64,000 nt of DNA. Origin: an uncultured Planctomycetota bacterium (GTDB lineage: Bacteria; Planctomycetota; Planctomycetia; Isosphaerales; Isosphaeraceae). Position 1 is the stretch's first letter; every line of letters starts with the position of its first letter. Under the pieces are notes generated by a model. That model worked only from the letters and a program-made list of their open reading frames with translations, made no database searches and had not been told where the DNA came from. Below, piece by piece: positions 11,850 to 20,458 of this stretch. The position numbers and the translations under genes were made by a program. The DNA is taken from NCBI GenBank assembly GCA_963845755.1, contig CAWJTV010000024.1, positions 157,352 to 221,351 of the forward strand, in the 5' to 3' direction.

Positions 11850-12296
11850 ATGCCGCGCCTCGAAGTTCCGGTCGGCCCGGACGGGCCGATTATCGACGTC
11901 AGGCTTTGGGTGAGCCCCGAGCAGAGTGACCTCTTGGTCTCCAGCGGTTTCCCGATTCCCCCACCACTCTCGGTCGCGGGGCTGGTGGACACGGGCGCCC
12001 AGTGGACAGCGATTCCGCGCCCGCTCGCCGAGGGGATAGGTCTCAATGTTTCTGATTGGAAAAAGCTCTGCTCCTCGGCTTTCGGCGATGAGGAGCGTGA
12101 GGCCCCGGTCTATCAGGTCCGCATGACCTTCGGATCCTTCGATGCGCCGGGTCCGCCGAATTGGCGGACCATCCTTGTCGTCGGAGTCACGACCATCGTT
12201 TCACCCGGGGCCATCGTCCTGATCGGACGGGATCTGTTGGGGACGTGTCGCTTCACATATGATGGCCGTAAGCGGCGTTTGATGATGTCATATTAA
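11850..12296 (+). CDS. Single-domain retropepsin-like (clan AA) aspartic protease
   Basis: 'GLVDTGA' catalytic motif and 'LIGRDLL' motif; ATG 4 nt after the upstream stop. Confidence 0.8.
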   Translation: MPRLEVPVGPDGPIIDVRLWVSPEQSDLLVSSGFPIPPPLSVAGLVDTGAQWTAIPRPLAEGIGLNVSDWKKLCSSAFGDEEREAPVYQVRMTFGSFDAPGPPNWRTILVVGVTTIVSPGAIVLIGRDLLGTCRFTYDGRKRRLMMSY

Positions 12297-12314
12297 TATT
12301 AACATTTGTAATGA

Positions 12315-12596
12315 TCAACGGTTAACCATTTTCACCCCGTGGGCGTCGTAGCGATTGCCGGCCACGGCCCGCCGGGGCAAGCCGTAGGCAACGACGGAAA
12401 CACCCAGCTCGCGCAGGGCCGGCAGCGTCTCGCCCTCGATGTCGCGGGTGAGCACGGCGTACTCGGTCTCCAGGGCCGCGATCGGGTGGACGGCATGCGC
12501 CCGTCGCACCGTCGCCGCCGACATCTCGGAAACACCGACGTGACGGACATACCCGGCTTTCACCAGCTCGGCCTTGCCCAGTTGGCGTTGCTCCAT
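12315..12596 (-). pseudogene. Collapsed aldo/keto reductase (two internal in-frame deletions)
   Basis: 'MEQRQLGK' + '[15 protein letters not shown]...[16 protein letters not shown]' + 'AVAGNRY...MVNR'; 93 aa versus about 330 typical. Confidence 0.75.
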
Positions 12597-12599
12597 CGT

Positions 12600-12830
12600 T
12601 CAGGCTCCCTCGACCACGGAATAGGTATTCGCCATCTCCCGCTTCAGCTTGCCGGCCTTGACCAGCTCTTCCCAGATCCCGGGCGGATGCCCGGGCGGGG
12701 GAGTAATTCCCGTGATCCCCGACTTCTTGCCGCCGCCCCGGCTCAGGCCGGACTCGTCGTCGAGCCGGGCCAGTTTCAGCTTCTTCTTGATGGCCTTCAG
12801 GGCCTTCTTGAGTTCTTCTTCCGTCGCCAT
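12600..12830 (-). CDS. Small basic hypothetical protein
   Basis: GGAGG RBS then MATEEELKKALKAIKKKLKLARLDDES; strong GC3 codon bias. Confidence 0.7.
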   Translation of the reverse strand: MATEEELKKALKAIKKKLKLARLDDESGLSRGGGKKSGITGITPPPGHPPGIWEELVKAGKLKREMANTYSVVEGA

Positions 12831-12874
12831 GGGGACCTCCGATCGCTCCGGGAACTCCTCGCGTCCGACTGGAC

Positions 12875-13972
12875 TCAATACGCATCCGCGCTGATGACTT
12901 CTCCGCCCTGGATGGTGCCGAGAGCCCTCCATGTCATGCCGTCAACCGTGGACTTGACGAACCGCACGCTGCCATCGGCGAGCAGGGCGTTGACGCCGCC
13001 GGGGTGGTAGCTCCGGGCGGTGATCGCTCCGTACAGCGGCTGGTCTCTGCTGATCAGGAGCGTCAAGATGTCGAGGTCGGCGAGACTGGTGGGGTTGATG
13101 GCCGCCTTGTTGGGCGGGAAGGCTGTGGTCATCCCCGTCTCCTGGGAGTTGCCGTCGACCCAGGCGGTGTGGCCCTGGCCCGGAGGGATGGCGTTGCACG
13201 CGGCGACCGAGGTGTATTCCGCCGCGACCGACAAGGGGTTGGCATAGGGGGAGGGCAGGGGGGCCGTCGGCGAGCTGAGGTTCGCCTCGGAGAACGGCCC
13301 GCCCACCTGGCAGAACGGATTGAGCGCCTTGACGTCCGTGGCCAGGAGCGTCTGGCTCGTGCCGTCGGTGAACTCGGCGATCCGCCGGCTCAGGTTGGGG
13401 CCGAAGACGCCGCGGGTGTTCGGTCCATTGTTGGCGCCGCTGGCGGACAGGGCGTTCCAGATGAACCAGTCGCCTTCGTTGAAGCCATAGCACGGCACGC
13501 GGGCATTGACGCCCGAGGGGAATGCCGTCAGACCCCCCAGGTTCGGGTCGCTCGGGCAGAGGAAGCAGGTCAGCGCCAGGCCCACCACCGTCGAATTCTG
13601 CACCGTGCGGTGCGTGAAGGAGAAGTTGATCGCGTTGAACGCGACCCCCTGTTCCATGAACGGCAGGATCCGGGCGTGAACGCTGAAGCCGTTGTAGCTG
13701 AACGCCCCGTTGATGATGGTGGCGATGTTCGACGGCGGAAACGCCCCGGTAATCCCCTCGTAGTTATGCAGCCCCAACCCGATCTGCTTCAGGTTGTTGG
13801 TGCACTGGATGCGACGCGCGGCCTCGCGGGCCGATTGCACCGCGGGTAGGAGGAGCGCAATCAGGACGCTGATGATCGCGATCACGACGAGGAGTTCGAT
13901 CAGCGTGAAACCCGCCGCCATCGTCCCCCTGGCGCGGGCGGTCTTCGTGCTCATGCTTTGGGCCCGCACCAT
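12875..13972 (-). CDS. DUF1559 prepilin-type N-terminal cleavage/methylation protein
   Basis: '[14 protein letters not shown]...[26 protein letters not shown]' and C-terminal '[16 protein letters not shown]'. Confidence 0.95.
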   Translation of the reverse strand: MVRAQSMSTKTARARGTMAAGFTLIELLVVIAIISVLIALLLPAVQSAREAARRIQCTNNLKQIGLGLHNYEGITGAFPPSNIATIINGAFSYNGFSVHARILPFMEQGVAFNAINFSFTHRTVQNSTVVGLALTCFLCPSDPNLGGLTAFPSGVNARVPCYGFNEGDWFIWNALSASGANNGPNTRGVFGPNLSRRIAEFTDGTSQTLLATDVKALNPFCQVGGPFSEANLSSPTAPLPSPYANPLSVAAEYTSVAACNAIPPGQGHTAWVDGNSQETGMTTAFPPNKAAINPTSLADLDILTLLISRDQPLYGAITARSYHPGGVNALLADGSVRFVKSTVDGMTWRALGTIQGGEVISADAY

Positions 13973-14053
13973 GGTTAAGGATGACCAACTCGGTCGCTAT
14001 TCCCTATTCTATCACGCCGAAACGGCCGCTGACACGCCCCATCCGCCCGGAGG

Positions 14054-15172
14054 TCATCCCGGGGATTTCAGGCCGGAGAGGAGTCGAACCGCGTTCTTGG
14101 AGTAGAGCTTCTCCAGCACGTCCTTGGGCAGGAAGACCCCGTAGATCATCCAGAAGCCTTGCCGGTGGTGTCCGCCGGCCGGGTCGAAGTATTCGTCATC
14201 GGTCTCCAGGAACCGATAATAGATCTGGTAGGCTTCGCGATTGGGCCGGGTGTCGGTCCCGAACATGACCCGATCTTGATACTTCAGGAAGAACCGGCGG
14301 GCCGAGTAGGGTTGCCGGCCGAGTTCGGAGATGCGGGCATCGATATCGACGTACATGTTCGGATACGCATCGAGCCAGCGCCCGACCTCGGCGAGATCTT
14401 CGCCGTCGTTGGCCATGTGGGCGCAGATGAACGTCGTATTCGGGTGGCGGGCGATCACCCTCATCCGCTGCGCATGCAGCTCGGAGCGCCTGGGGAAGTC
14501 CTTGCCGTGGAAGAGCCACTCGGGGTGTTCGTTCAGCTCGTGCCAGCGTTCGCTGAAGCGGTCGAGCGGCGTGAAGAACGCGCCGGGATCGCCCGTGTGG
14601 ATCTCGACCGGTCGCTTGTAACGGGCGCAAACCTCCCAGATCGGGTCGAGCTTCGGGTCGTCGACCGGCACGAGGCGGCCGTCCTTGTAGCGGGCGCCGA
14701 GGCCGAGTATCTTGTGGAACTTCAGGCCCTTGGCGCCGGCCTCGAAACTCTCGGCCAGCCGCGCGGCTTCGCGATCCGACCAGCTCGGCTCGTCGATGCC
14801 GGAGAAGTCGATCAGCGCATACGTCAGGAACCGGCCGGGGTGGGCCTCGTCCAGGGCGGCGATCGTCTCCTTGAGCTGCGGTCCCCAGCCGCCGTCGAGA
14901 TTGACCACAGTGCGGATGCCCGCCGCGTCCATCTCGGCGAGGTAACTCTGGACGCGCCGGGGTGTGAGGGTCGCCTTGCCGCCGCCGAGGTGGTTGTGCA
15001 CGTCGATGACCGGGAATGCCGGCTTGAGGACCTCGGTCGTCTTGGTGATCAGCATGGAACGCGGCTGCCAGTCGCGGAGTTTCAACTCCTTGATGTCGTC
15101 CTTCGCCTGGCCAAGAGTGATGCGGGGAGCCAGCAACCAAAGGGTGAGGAACCAACCGACGGATCGGGACAT
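14054..15172 (-). CDS. Amidohydrolase family protein, exported
   Basis: 'IDVHNH' metal motif, 'GLKFHK', 'MFGTD'; N-terminal signal peptide. Confidence 0.9.
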   Translation of the reverse strand: MSRSVGWFLTLWLLAPRITLGQAKDDIKELKLRDWQPRSMLITKTTEVLKPAFPVIDVHNHLGGGKATLTPRRVQSYLAEMDAAGIRTVVNLDGGWGPQLKETIAALDEAHPGRFLTYALIDFSGIDEPSWSDREAARLAESFEAGAKGLKFHKILGLGARYKDGRLVPVDDPKLDPIWEVCARYKRPVEIHTGDPGAFFTPLDRFSERWHELNEHPEWLFHGKDFPRRSELHAQRMRVIARHPNTTFICAHMANDGEDLAEVGRWLDAYPNMYVDIDARISELGRQPYSARRFFLKYQDRVMFGTDTRPNREAYQIYYRFLETDDEYFDPAGGHHRQGFWMIYGVFLPKDVLEKLYSKNAVRLLSGLKSPG

Positions 15173-15458
15173 GGCGATCCCCTCGCAGGGTCAGGGCTTC
15201 GGGTCCGGGTTTCCTTCGAGTCGCCCTCAGCTTCGGCGAAGCCAGGCGAGCCGTCAAGAGTTCAGTTTTCCGTGTTCAATGGGTAGAACCAAGGCGGAAC
15301 GAGGGCGACCTCAATCCGCGCGCGAGCATGCGGGAGCAGGCACTGCAACCCAGTCGGAAACTGCCCTCAGTTCGGTGGCCTGTCACCCAGGTCGCCAGCC
15401 GCATCGCATGATGGGCGCGAACGTGGCGACGGGATTGCGCCGAGGAGTGCGCGTGGGG

Positions 15459-16818
15459 TCAGATCAGTTCGCGTATCGGGTCTCGGCGGTCGAGGAGGAA
15501 GTGGGGGCGGTTCGTGGCGTCGTAGATCATGGTGTTCTGAACGTCGATGCCGAGCTGGTGATAGAGGGTGGCGAAGACATCCTGATAATGCACGGGCCGA
15601 CTCTGCGGTTCCTCGCCCAGGCGGTTGGTCGAACCGATGACCTGGCCCATTCGCATGCCGCCGCCGGCCAGGAGGGCGCAGGACGCCCTGGGCCAGTGGT
15701 CTCGACCGGCGGATTTGTTGATGCGTGGGGTGCGGCCGAATTCGCCCCAGGCGATGACGCTGACATCCTGGTCCAGGCCGCGGGCGTGCAAATCTCCGAC
15801 CAGCGCGGTGATTCCCTGATCGAACTTGTCGAGCTGAGGGGGAAGCTGGGCGAAGTTGCCGCCATGTCGGTCCCAACTGCCGAAGGAGAGGGTGACGCAA
15901 CGGGCGCCTGCTTCGACCAGACGCCGAGCCATCAGGAACTGGTCCATCCAGTGGGGGCCGGCGTCTTCGCCGAAGGCGGGGTCGGCACTGCCACGGCCGT
16001 AGCGATCTCGGGTTCTGGGGTCTTCGCGTTCGAGGTCGAGCGCTTCGGCCAGCTTGCTGGAAGTGAGGACCTCGAAGGCGGCGCGGTTGAAGGCGTCGAG
16101 TCCCTGGAAGGTGGCCTGTCGTTCGGCCCCGCGACGGAAGTCGTCGTAGCTGGCGAGGAGAGTTCGGCGGTCACGCAGGCGGTCCAGGGTATGCGCCGTG
16201 AAGTCGCATTTCGGTCATTTCGGGACCGTCGGGGAGAAACGGAGAGTGGGACATTCCTAGAAAGCCAGGGTCTCCCGGATTGGAATAAGGGAGATGTTTG
16301 GTCTTGATCGTGAGTCCGATCGACGGGGGTATGGCCGGATCGATGGGGCCCTGGAGCTTGGAGAGGACGGAGCCGAGCGAGGGATGGCCGTCCTGTTCGC
16401 CTCGTGGACCCCGGGGATAGCCGCTCAAGCACATGTCGGAATTGTGCTGATCGGGACTGCCGTAGAGCGAGCGAATGATGGTGAACTTGTCCATCATTCT
16501 GGCCAGGCGCGGCATGTGTTCGCAGATTTCGATGCCGGGGACGTTTGTGGGAATGGGGCGGAAGGAGCCGCGGATCTCGGCCGGGGCGTTCATCTTGAGG
16601 TCGTACATGTCCTGGTGTGAGGGGCCGCCGGACAGGTAGATCATGATGACGGCTTTGTGCGATCGCGGGCGCGGGCCCAAGGATTCCGTCGCCGCCTGGG
16701 CTTTGAGGACCTGGGGCAATGCCAGCCCACCCATGGCCAGGCCGCCGATCCTCAGAAAGTGGCGCCGAGAGTGGCCATCGCAATACGCCGCAGGTCTTTG
16801 GCCAAGGATGGAAAGCAT
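15459..16818 (-). CDS. DUF1501 domain protein; frameshift at ~16190
   Basis: 'SRRHFLRIGGL', 'LSGGPSHQDMYDLK', 'ARRLVEAGARCV', 'GEFGRTPRIN..GRDHWP'. Confidence 0.9.
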
Positions 16819-17344
16819 TGCGTGGTTCTCTCGAGAATGACACGGCGCTCTCGGTCGCGACTGGCGGGATCGTTTGGGCCCAGTCGGGTTACTTTCGTGA
16901 GATTCAAGCACGACTGTCCGGGACGGCTCGAGATCCTGTCATGGACCTCCGAATTCCTCGTGCCAGCTCACAGTGGAAGGTCATTCTGCGCAAGGAGTGA
17001 GGTCTGCCTGGGCCGTCGGATCGCTCGTGGGTGGAGCGGACATCGCTCGCTGTTACCCCAGTATCGACCTTATTTTAATCCGGTGTTGAATTTTTGTCAA
17101 ACATGCGATGCGTCGAGAAAACATCCGAGTCTCGCGGCTGGGCCGCGTCATCATCGTCGGCGTGATGGCCAACGTCCTGGTTGCGGTCGGCTGGCCGCTC
17201 GGGTTGCAAGCGCTGCCGACCCTCCCGGTCTTCCGGACGACCCCTCTCTTGGCAACTGAACTGGTCGGGCTGGACCAGGAGGGCCAGCGATCGCGTGTTA
17301 AGTTTATTGAAGTGGAATCTTCTTATCGATTCTTTCCCCTTTTT

Positions 17345-18517
17345 TCAGGGCTTGTCCTCGCGGAAGAGCAGGGGGGTCAAGTCGGTCAGGTAGCGGCGCC
17401 AGACCATCCAGGTGTGTGCGCCGGGCGTCTCCTTCGAGCTGAACTTGACGCCCTTCTCCTTCAGCCAGCCTTCGAGCTTTCGGTGCCGCTGGATCAGGAA
17501 GTCCTCGGTGCCACACGCCAGCCAGACTAGCCGGAACTTCGAGCCCGTGTCTTCGTTCAGCGACGGGAAGTGGCCGGCGTCGTCATCGCCATACATCACG
17601 AACGCGCCGCTGAAGGAGCCTACCCAGCCGAAGCGGTCGGGGTGGTTGAGCCCGATGTAGAGGGACTGCGCGCCGCCCATCGACAGCCCGGCGATCGCGC
17701 GCGCGTCGCGGCCCTTCGCCACGCGATAGGACTTCTCCACCCGCGGGATCAGCTCGTCGAGCACCGTTCTCGCGAAGTCCTCCAGGCTCTTGCGCTGCGC
17801 GGTCGGGTCGCGGAAGAGCCGGAAGATGGTCCCGGGGACGTCCGGAAAGGCGTACCCGAGCGGCATAACGACCAGCATCGGCCTCGCCTTGCCCCGGGCG
17901 ATCAGATTGTCGAGGATCACGTGGGCACGGCCGGCGTTCGTCCAGGCGCTGGCGTCATCGGTGATGCCGTGCAGCAGGTAGAGCACCGGGTACTCGTCCC
18001 GTCCGGCGGAGTCGTAGCCGGGCGGCGTGTAGACGTAGAAGTCGCGCCCCTCGCCGGCGGTAGCCGACTTGTAGAAGTGGTGGTGGAGCGTGCCCCGAGG
18101 GACGTCATTGACCTCCCAGCTCAGGTCCGAGGGGCCCGGGACGTGGACGAGGCTCTGGTTGCCGCCCATGACGATCGGCTTCACCAGCGGGTTGCCCGGG
18201 TCGGCCAGCCTGGTGCCGTTGACGTCGAAGCTGTAGGGATAGACGTCGGGGGGAAGCGGATCGGTCGTGAGGGTCCAGACGCCCTGATCGTCCTTCTGCA
18301 TGTCCGCGGGCCGGGCACCATCGCGGGCGACGGCCACATTCTTGGCATTGGGGGCGCGGAAGCGGAAGGTGACGCGTCCGTCCTTCTGGACCTCGGGCGA
18401 GCGTACCGGCACCATCGGGCCGCGCGGTCGGCCTTTCACGGGGGCCTGGCCCAGTACGACGGCTGGGGCGACCGCCAGGAGGGCCGCCGAGAGGAGGGAC
18501 AGGTTTACGGGTCTCAT
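17345..18517 (-). CDS. Exported esterase (CBM48-like domain + alpha/beta hydrolase, CE1/enterochelin esterase-like)
   Basis: 'VYTPPGYD', 'YPVLYLLHG', nucleophile 'GLSMGG', 'GAHTWMVWR'. Confidence 0.9.
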   Translation of the reverse strand: MRPVNLSLLSAALLAVAPAVVLGQAPVKGRPRGPMVPVRSPEVQKDGRVTFRFRAPNAKNVAVARDGARPADMQKDDQGVWTLTTDPLPPDVYPYSFDVNGTRLADPGNPLVKPIVMGGNQSLVHVPGPSDLSWEVNDVPRGTLHHHFYKSATAGEGRDFYVYTPPGYDSAGRDEYPVLYLLHGITDDASAWTNAGRAHVILDNLIARGKARPMLVVMPLGYAFPDVPGTIFRLFRDPTAQRKSLEDFARTVLDELIPRVEKSYRVAKGRDARAIAGLSMGGAQSLYIGLNHPDRFGWVGSFSGAFVMYGDDDAGHFPSLNEDTGSKFRLVWLACGTEDFLIQRHRKLEGWLKEKGVKFSSKETPGAHTWMVWRRYLTDLTPLLFREDKP

Positions 18518-18592
18518 TGCGATCGGCTCCTGTTGTGGAATGGGTCGTCGGACGACAATCACGGACGTCGGTTCACCGCGGTGCGGCCGGCG

Positions 18593-19081
18593 CTAGCGTT
18601 TCGCAGCCTTCGGTCCACGCGCCCCCTTCGCACGAGGGGGCTCGCCTTCCGGGCCATCGGGCGGGTTCATTGCCATCGCCACTCGTTCCAGCCCCTCGAT
18701 CAGCGAATCCATCACATCCGGCGGGAAGAGAGACTCCAGCTCCGCCCGAAGCCGGGCGCTCCGTTCCCATAAGGTTCTCTGCACTTGACGGCCGCGTCTC
18801 GTCAGGGACACGCTCCGCGCCCGGCCGTCCTCGGCGTGCCGCTTGCGCCCGACCAGCCCCCTCGCTTCCAGCCGTGCCAGCATCTGGCTCATCGTGTTCG
18901 GGTCCGATCCGGTCCGTCCCACCAGCTCCTTCTGGGTCACCCCTTCTCCCTCGGCCAGGGACGTGAGCAGGACGAACTGGTCGGCGGTCGGGCCGAGCGG
19001 GGCAAGCTCCGCGTTCGTCCGGCGGTGCAGCGCCAGGTAGGCGACTCGGAGCCGCATCGCGAGTTCGTGTCCGTTGGGCAT
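18593..19081 (-). CDS. MarR family transcriptional regulator
   Basis: 'TQKELV...DPNTMSQMLARLEARGLVGR....DGRARSVSLT..G' winged helix. Confidence 0.9.
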   Translation of the reverse strand: MPNGHELAMRLRVAYLALHRRTNAELAPLGPTADQFVLLTSLAEGEGVTQKELVGRTGSDPNTMSQMLARLEARGLVGRKRHAEDGRARSVSLTRRGRQVQRTLWERSARLRAELESLFPPDVMDSLIEGLERVAMAMNPPDGPEGEPPRAKGARGPKAAKR

Positions 19082-19109
19082 GTTCGCTCCTGGTCGAAAC
19101 GCGGTCGGG

Positions 19110-20282
19110 CTAATTGCGGAAGAGGCGGGGGGCGAAGTCGAGCAGGGCCCGACGCCACGTCTGCCACTCGTGGGCCGTCCCGGGCGATTCGAAGACGACG
19201 ACGTGCCTGATGCCGGCGTGATCGAGGCTCTCCTGCATCTTCCTGACGGCAACGAGGAACCGCTCCTCCTTGGTCCCAGCCCCGAGCCAGAGAAGGCGGA
19301 CCTTCGCGTGGAAGGCCGCCGGGTCGCTGTAGGCACCGTTGGCCGCCGTCTTCGCGTCGAATGTGCCGATAGGTGGCGGGCTGAACGCGCCGATGTAGGC
19401 GAACCTGTCCGAGTGGGCCGGCGCGATCTGGAGCGTCTGCATCGCGCCCATCGAGAGCCCGGCCATGGCGCGGTGCTCGGGGTCGGACATCGTGCGGTAG
19501 GTCGCATCGATCTTCGGGATCAGCTCGCCGAGGAGTACCTCCTGGAAGCCCCGAAAGTTGAACATCGGCGGCCCAGGCCGGGCGCCCTTGGCCGGCGCGG
19601 GTGCTGCGCCCGCCTTCGCGGCGTAGCCGTTGTCCATGACGACGATCATCGGCACCGCCTTCCGGACGGCGATGAGGTTATCGAGGATGAAGTTCGCCCG
19701 GCCCTGGGTCGTCCAGCCCCGTTCGTCTTCGCCGGCCCCGTGCTGGAGGTAGAGGACCGGATAGCGCTTGCCGGCGTCGGCATCGTAGCCCGGTGGCGTG
19801 TAAACGAACGCCCTCCGCGGCGAGCCGGTGACCTTGGAGTGGTACCACAGGCTCCGCACCTCGCCGTGGGGCACGTCTTTCGCGTCGTAATAGTCCGCGC
19901 CCGGCTCGGGCACCTCCACGCCGCTGGTGGGCTTGCCATAGCCGAAGAACGTCTCGCTGCCGGGGTCGTTGACCGGGACGCCGTCCACCACGAACCAGTA
20001 GTAATGAAAGCCCGGGACGGCCGGCGGTATGGTGATCGTCCAGGTCCCGTCGTCGGCCCGCTCCATCTCGTAAGGGCCCTTGCCGAGCCCGTTGTCGGCC
20101 CCGCCGGGCTGGACCTTGACGCTCTTCGCGTCCGGTGCCCTCAGCCGGAACGTGACCCGGTTGTCCGGGTGGATGCGCGGATACCCGGCGCGAGGCACGT
20201 TGGACGTCGCCGGCTTGGCGTCGTCGGCCCGCGCTCCGGAGAGGCCGCACGCCAGGAGTGCCAGGGCCAGGAGAGTCCTCAT
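19110..20282 (-). CDS. Exported esterase (CBM48-like domain + CE1-like hydrolase)
   Basis: 'YPVLYLQHGAGEDE', 'GLSMGA', 'GTAHEWQTWR'; signal peptide. Confidence 0.9.
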   Translation of the reverse strand: MRTLLALALLACGLSGARADDAKPATSNVPRAGYPRIHPDNRVTFRLRAPDAKSVKVQPGGADNGLGKGPYEMERADDGTWTITIPPAVPGFHYYWFVVDGVPVNDPGSETFFGYGKPTSGVEVPEPGADYYDAKDVPHGEVRSLWYHSKVTGSPRRAFVYTPPGYDADAGKRYPVLYLQHGAGEDERGWTTQGRANFILDNLIAVRKAVPMIVVMDNGYAAKAGAAPAPAKGARPGPPMFNFRGFQEVLLGELIPKIDATYRTMSDPEHRAMAGLSMGAMQTLQIAPAHSDRFAYIGAFSPPPIGTFDAKTAANGAYSDPAAFHAKVRLLWLGAGTKEERFLVAVRKMQESLDHAGIRHVVVFESPGTAHEWQTWRRALLDFAPRLFRN

Positions 20283-20361
20283 CCGATGCTCCCTTCCTCG
20301 CTCGGTGTCGGTGGGCCGCCTACGGCACGTCGGTCTCATGAGAAACCGAGCCTGGCGATAT

Positions 20362-20379
20362 TAGTACGGTGTCGTACTA
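20362..20379. promoter_or_regulatory. Perfect palindrome TAGTACG-N4-CGTACTA overlapping a TATAGT -10 box (minus strand); probable MarR operator
   Basis: About 80 nt upstream of the esterase-marR-esterase operon. Confidence 0.65.
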
Positions 20380-20458
20380 TACGAGATCGCCGTCGAGATA
20401 GCACCGGGGAGCCGAAAAAGCGAAGAAGTCTGGCGATGTTCCCTGGTCGAATACACTT

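Noticed and set aside
12555..12672. 'ELVKAG' present in both the AKR remnant and the adjacent small gene
   Set aside because: A six-residue match that is native to each family; probably coincidence.
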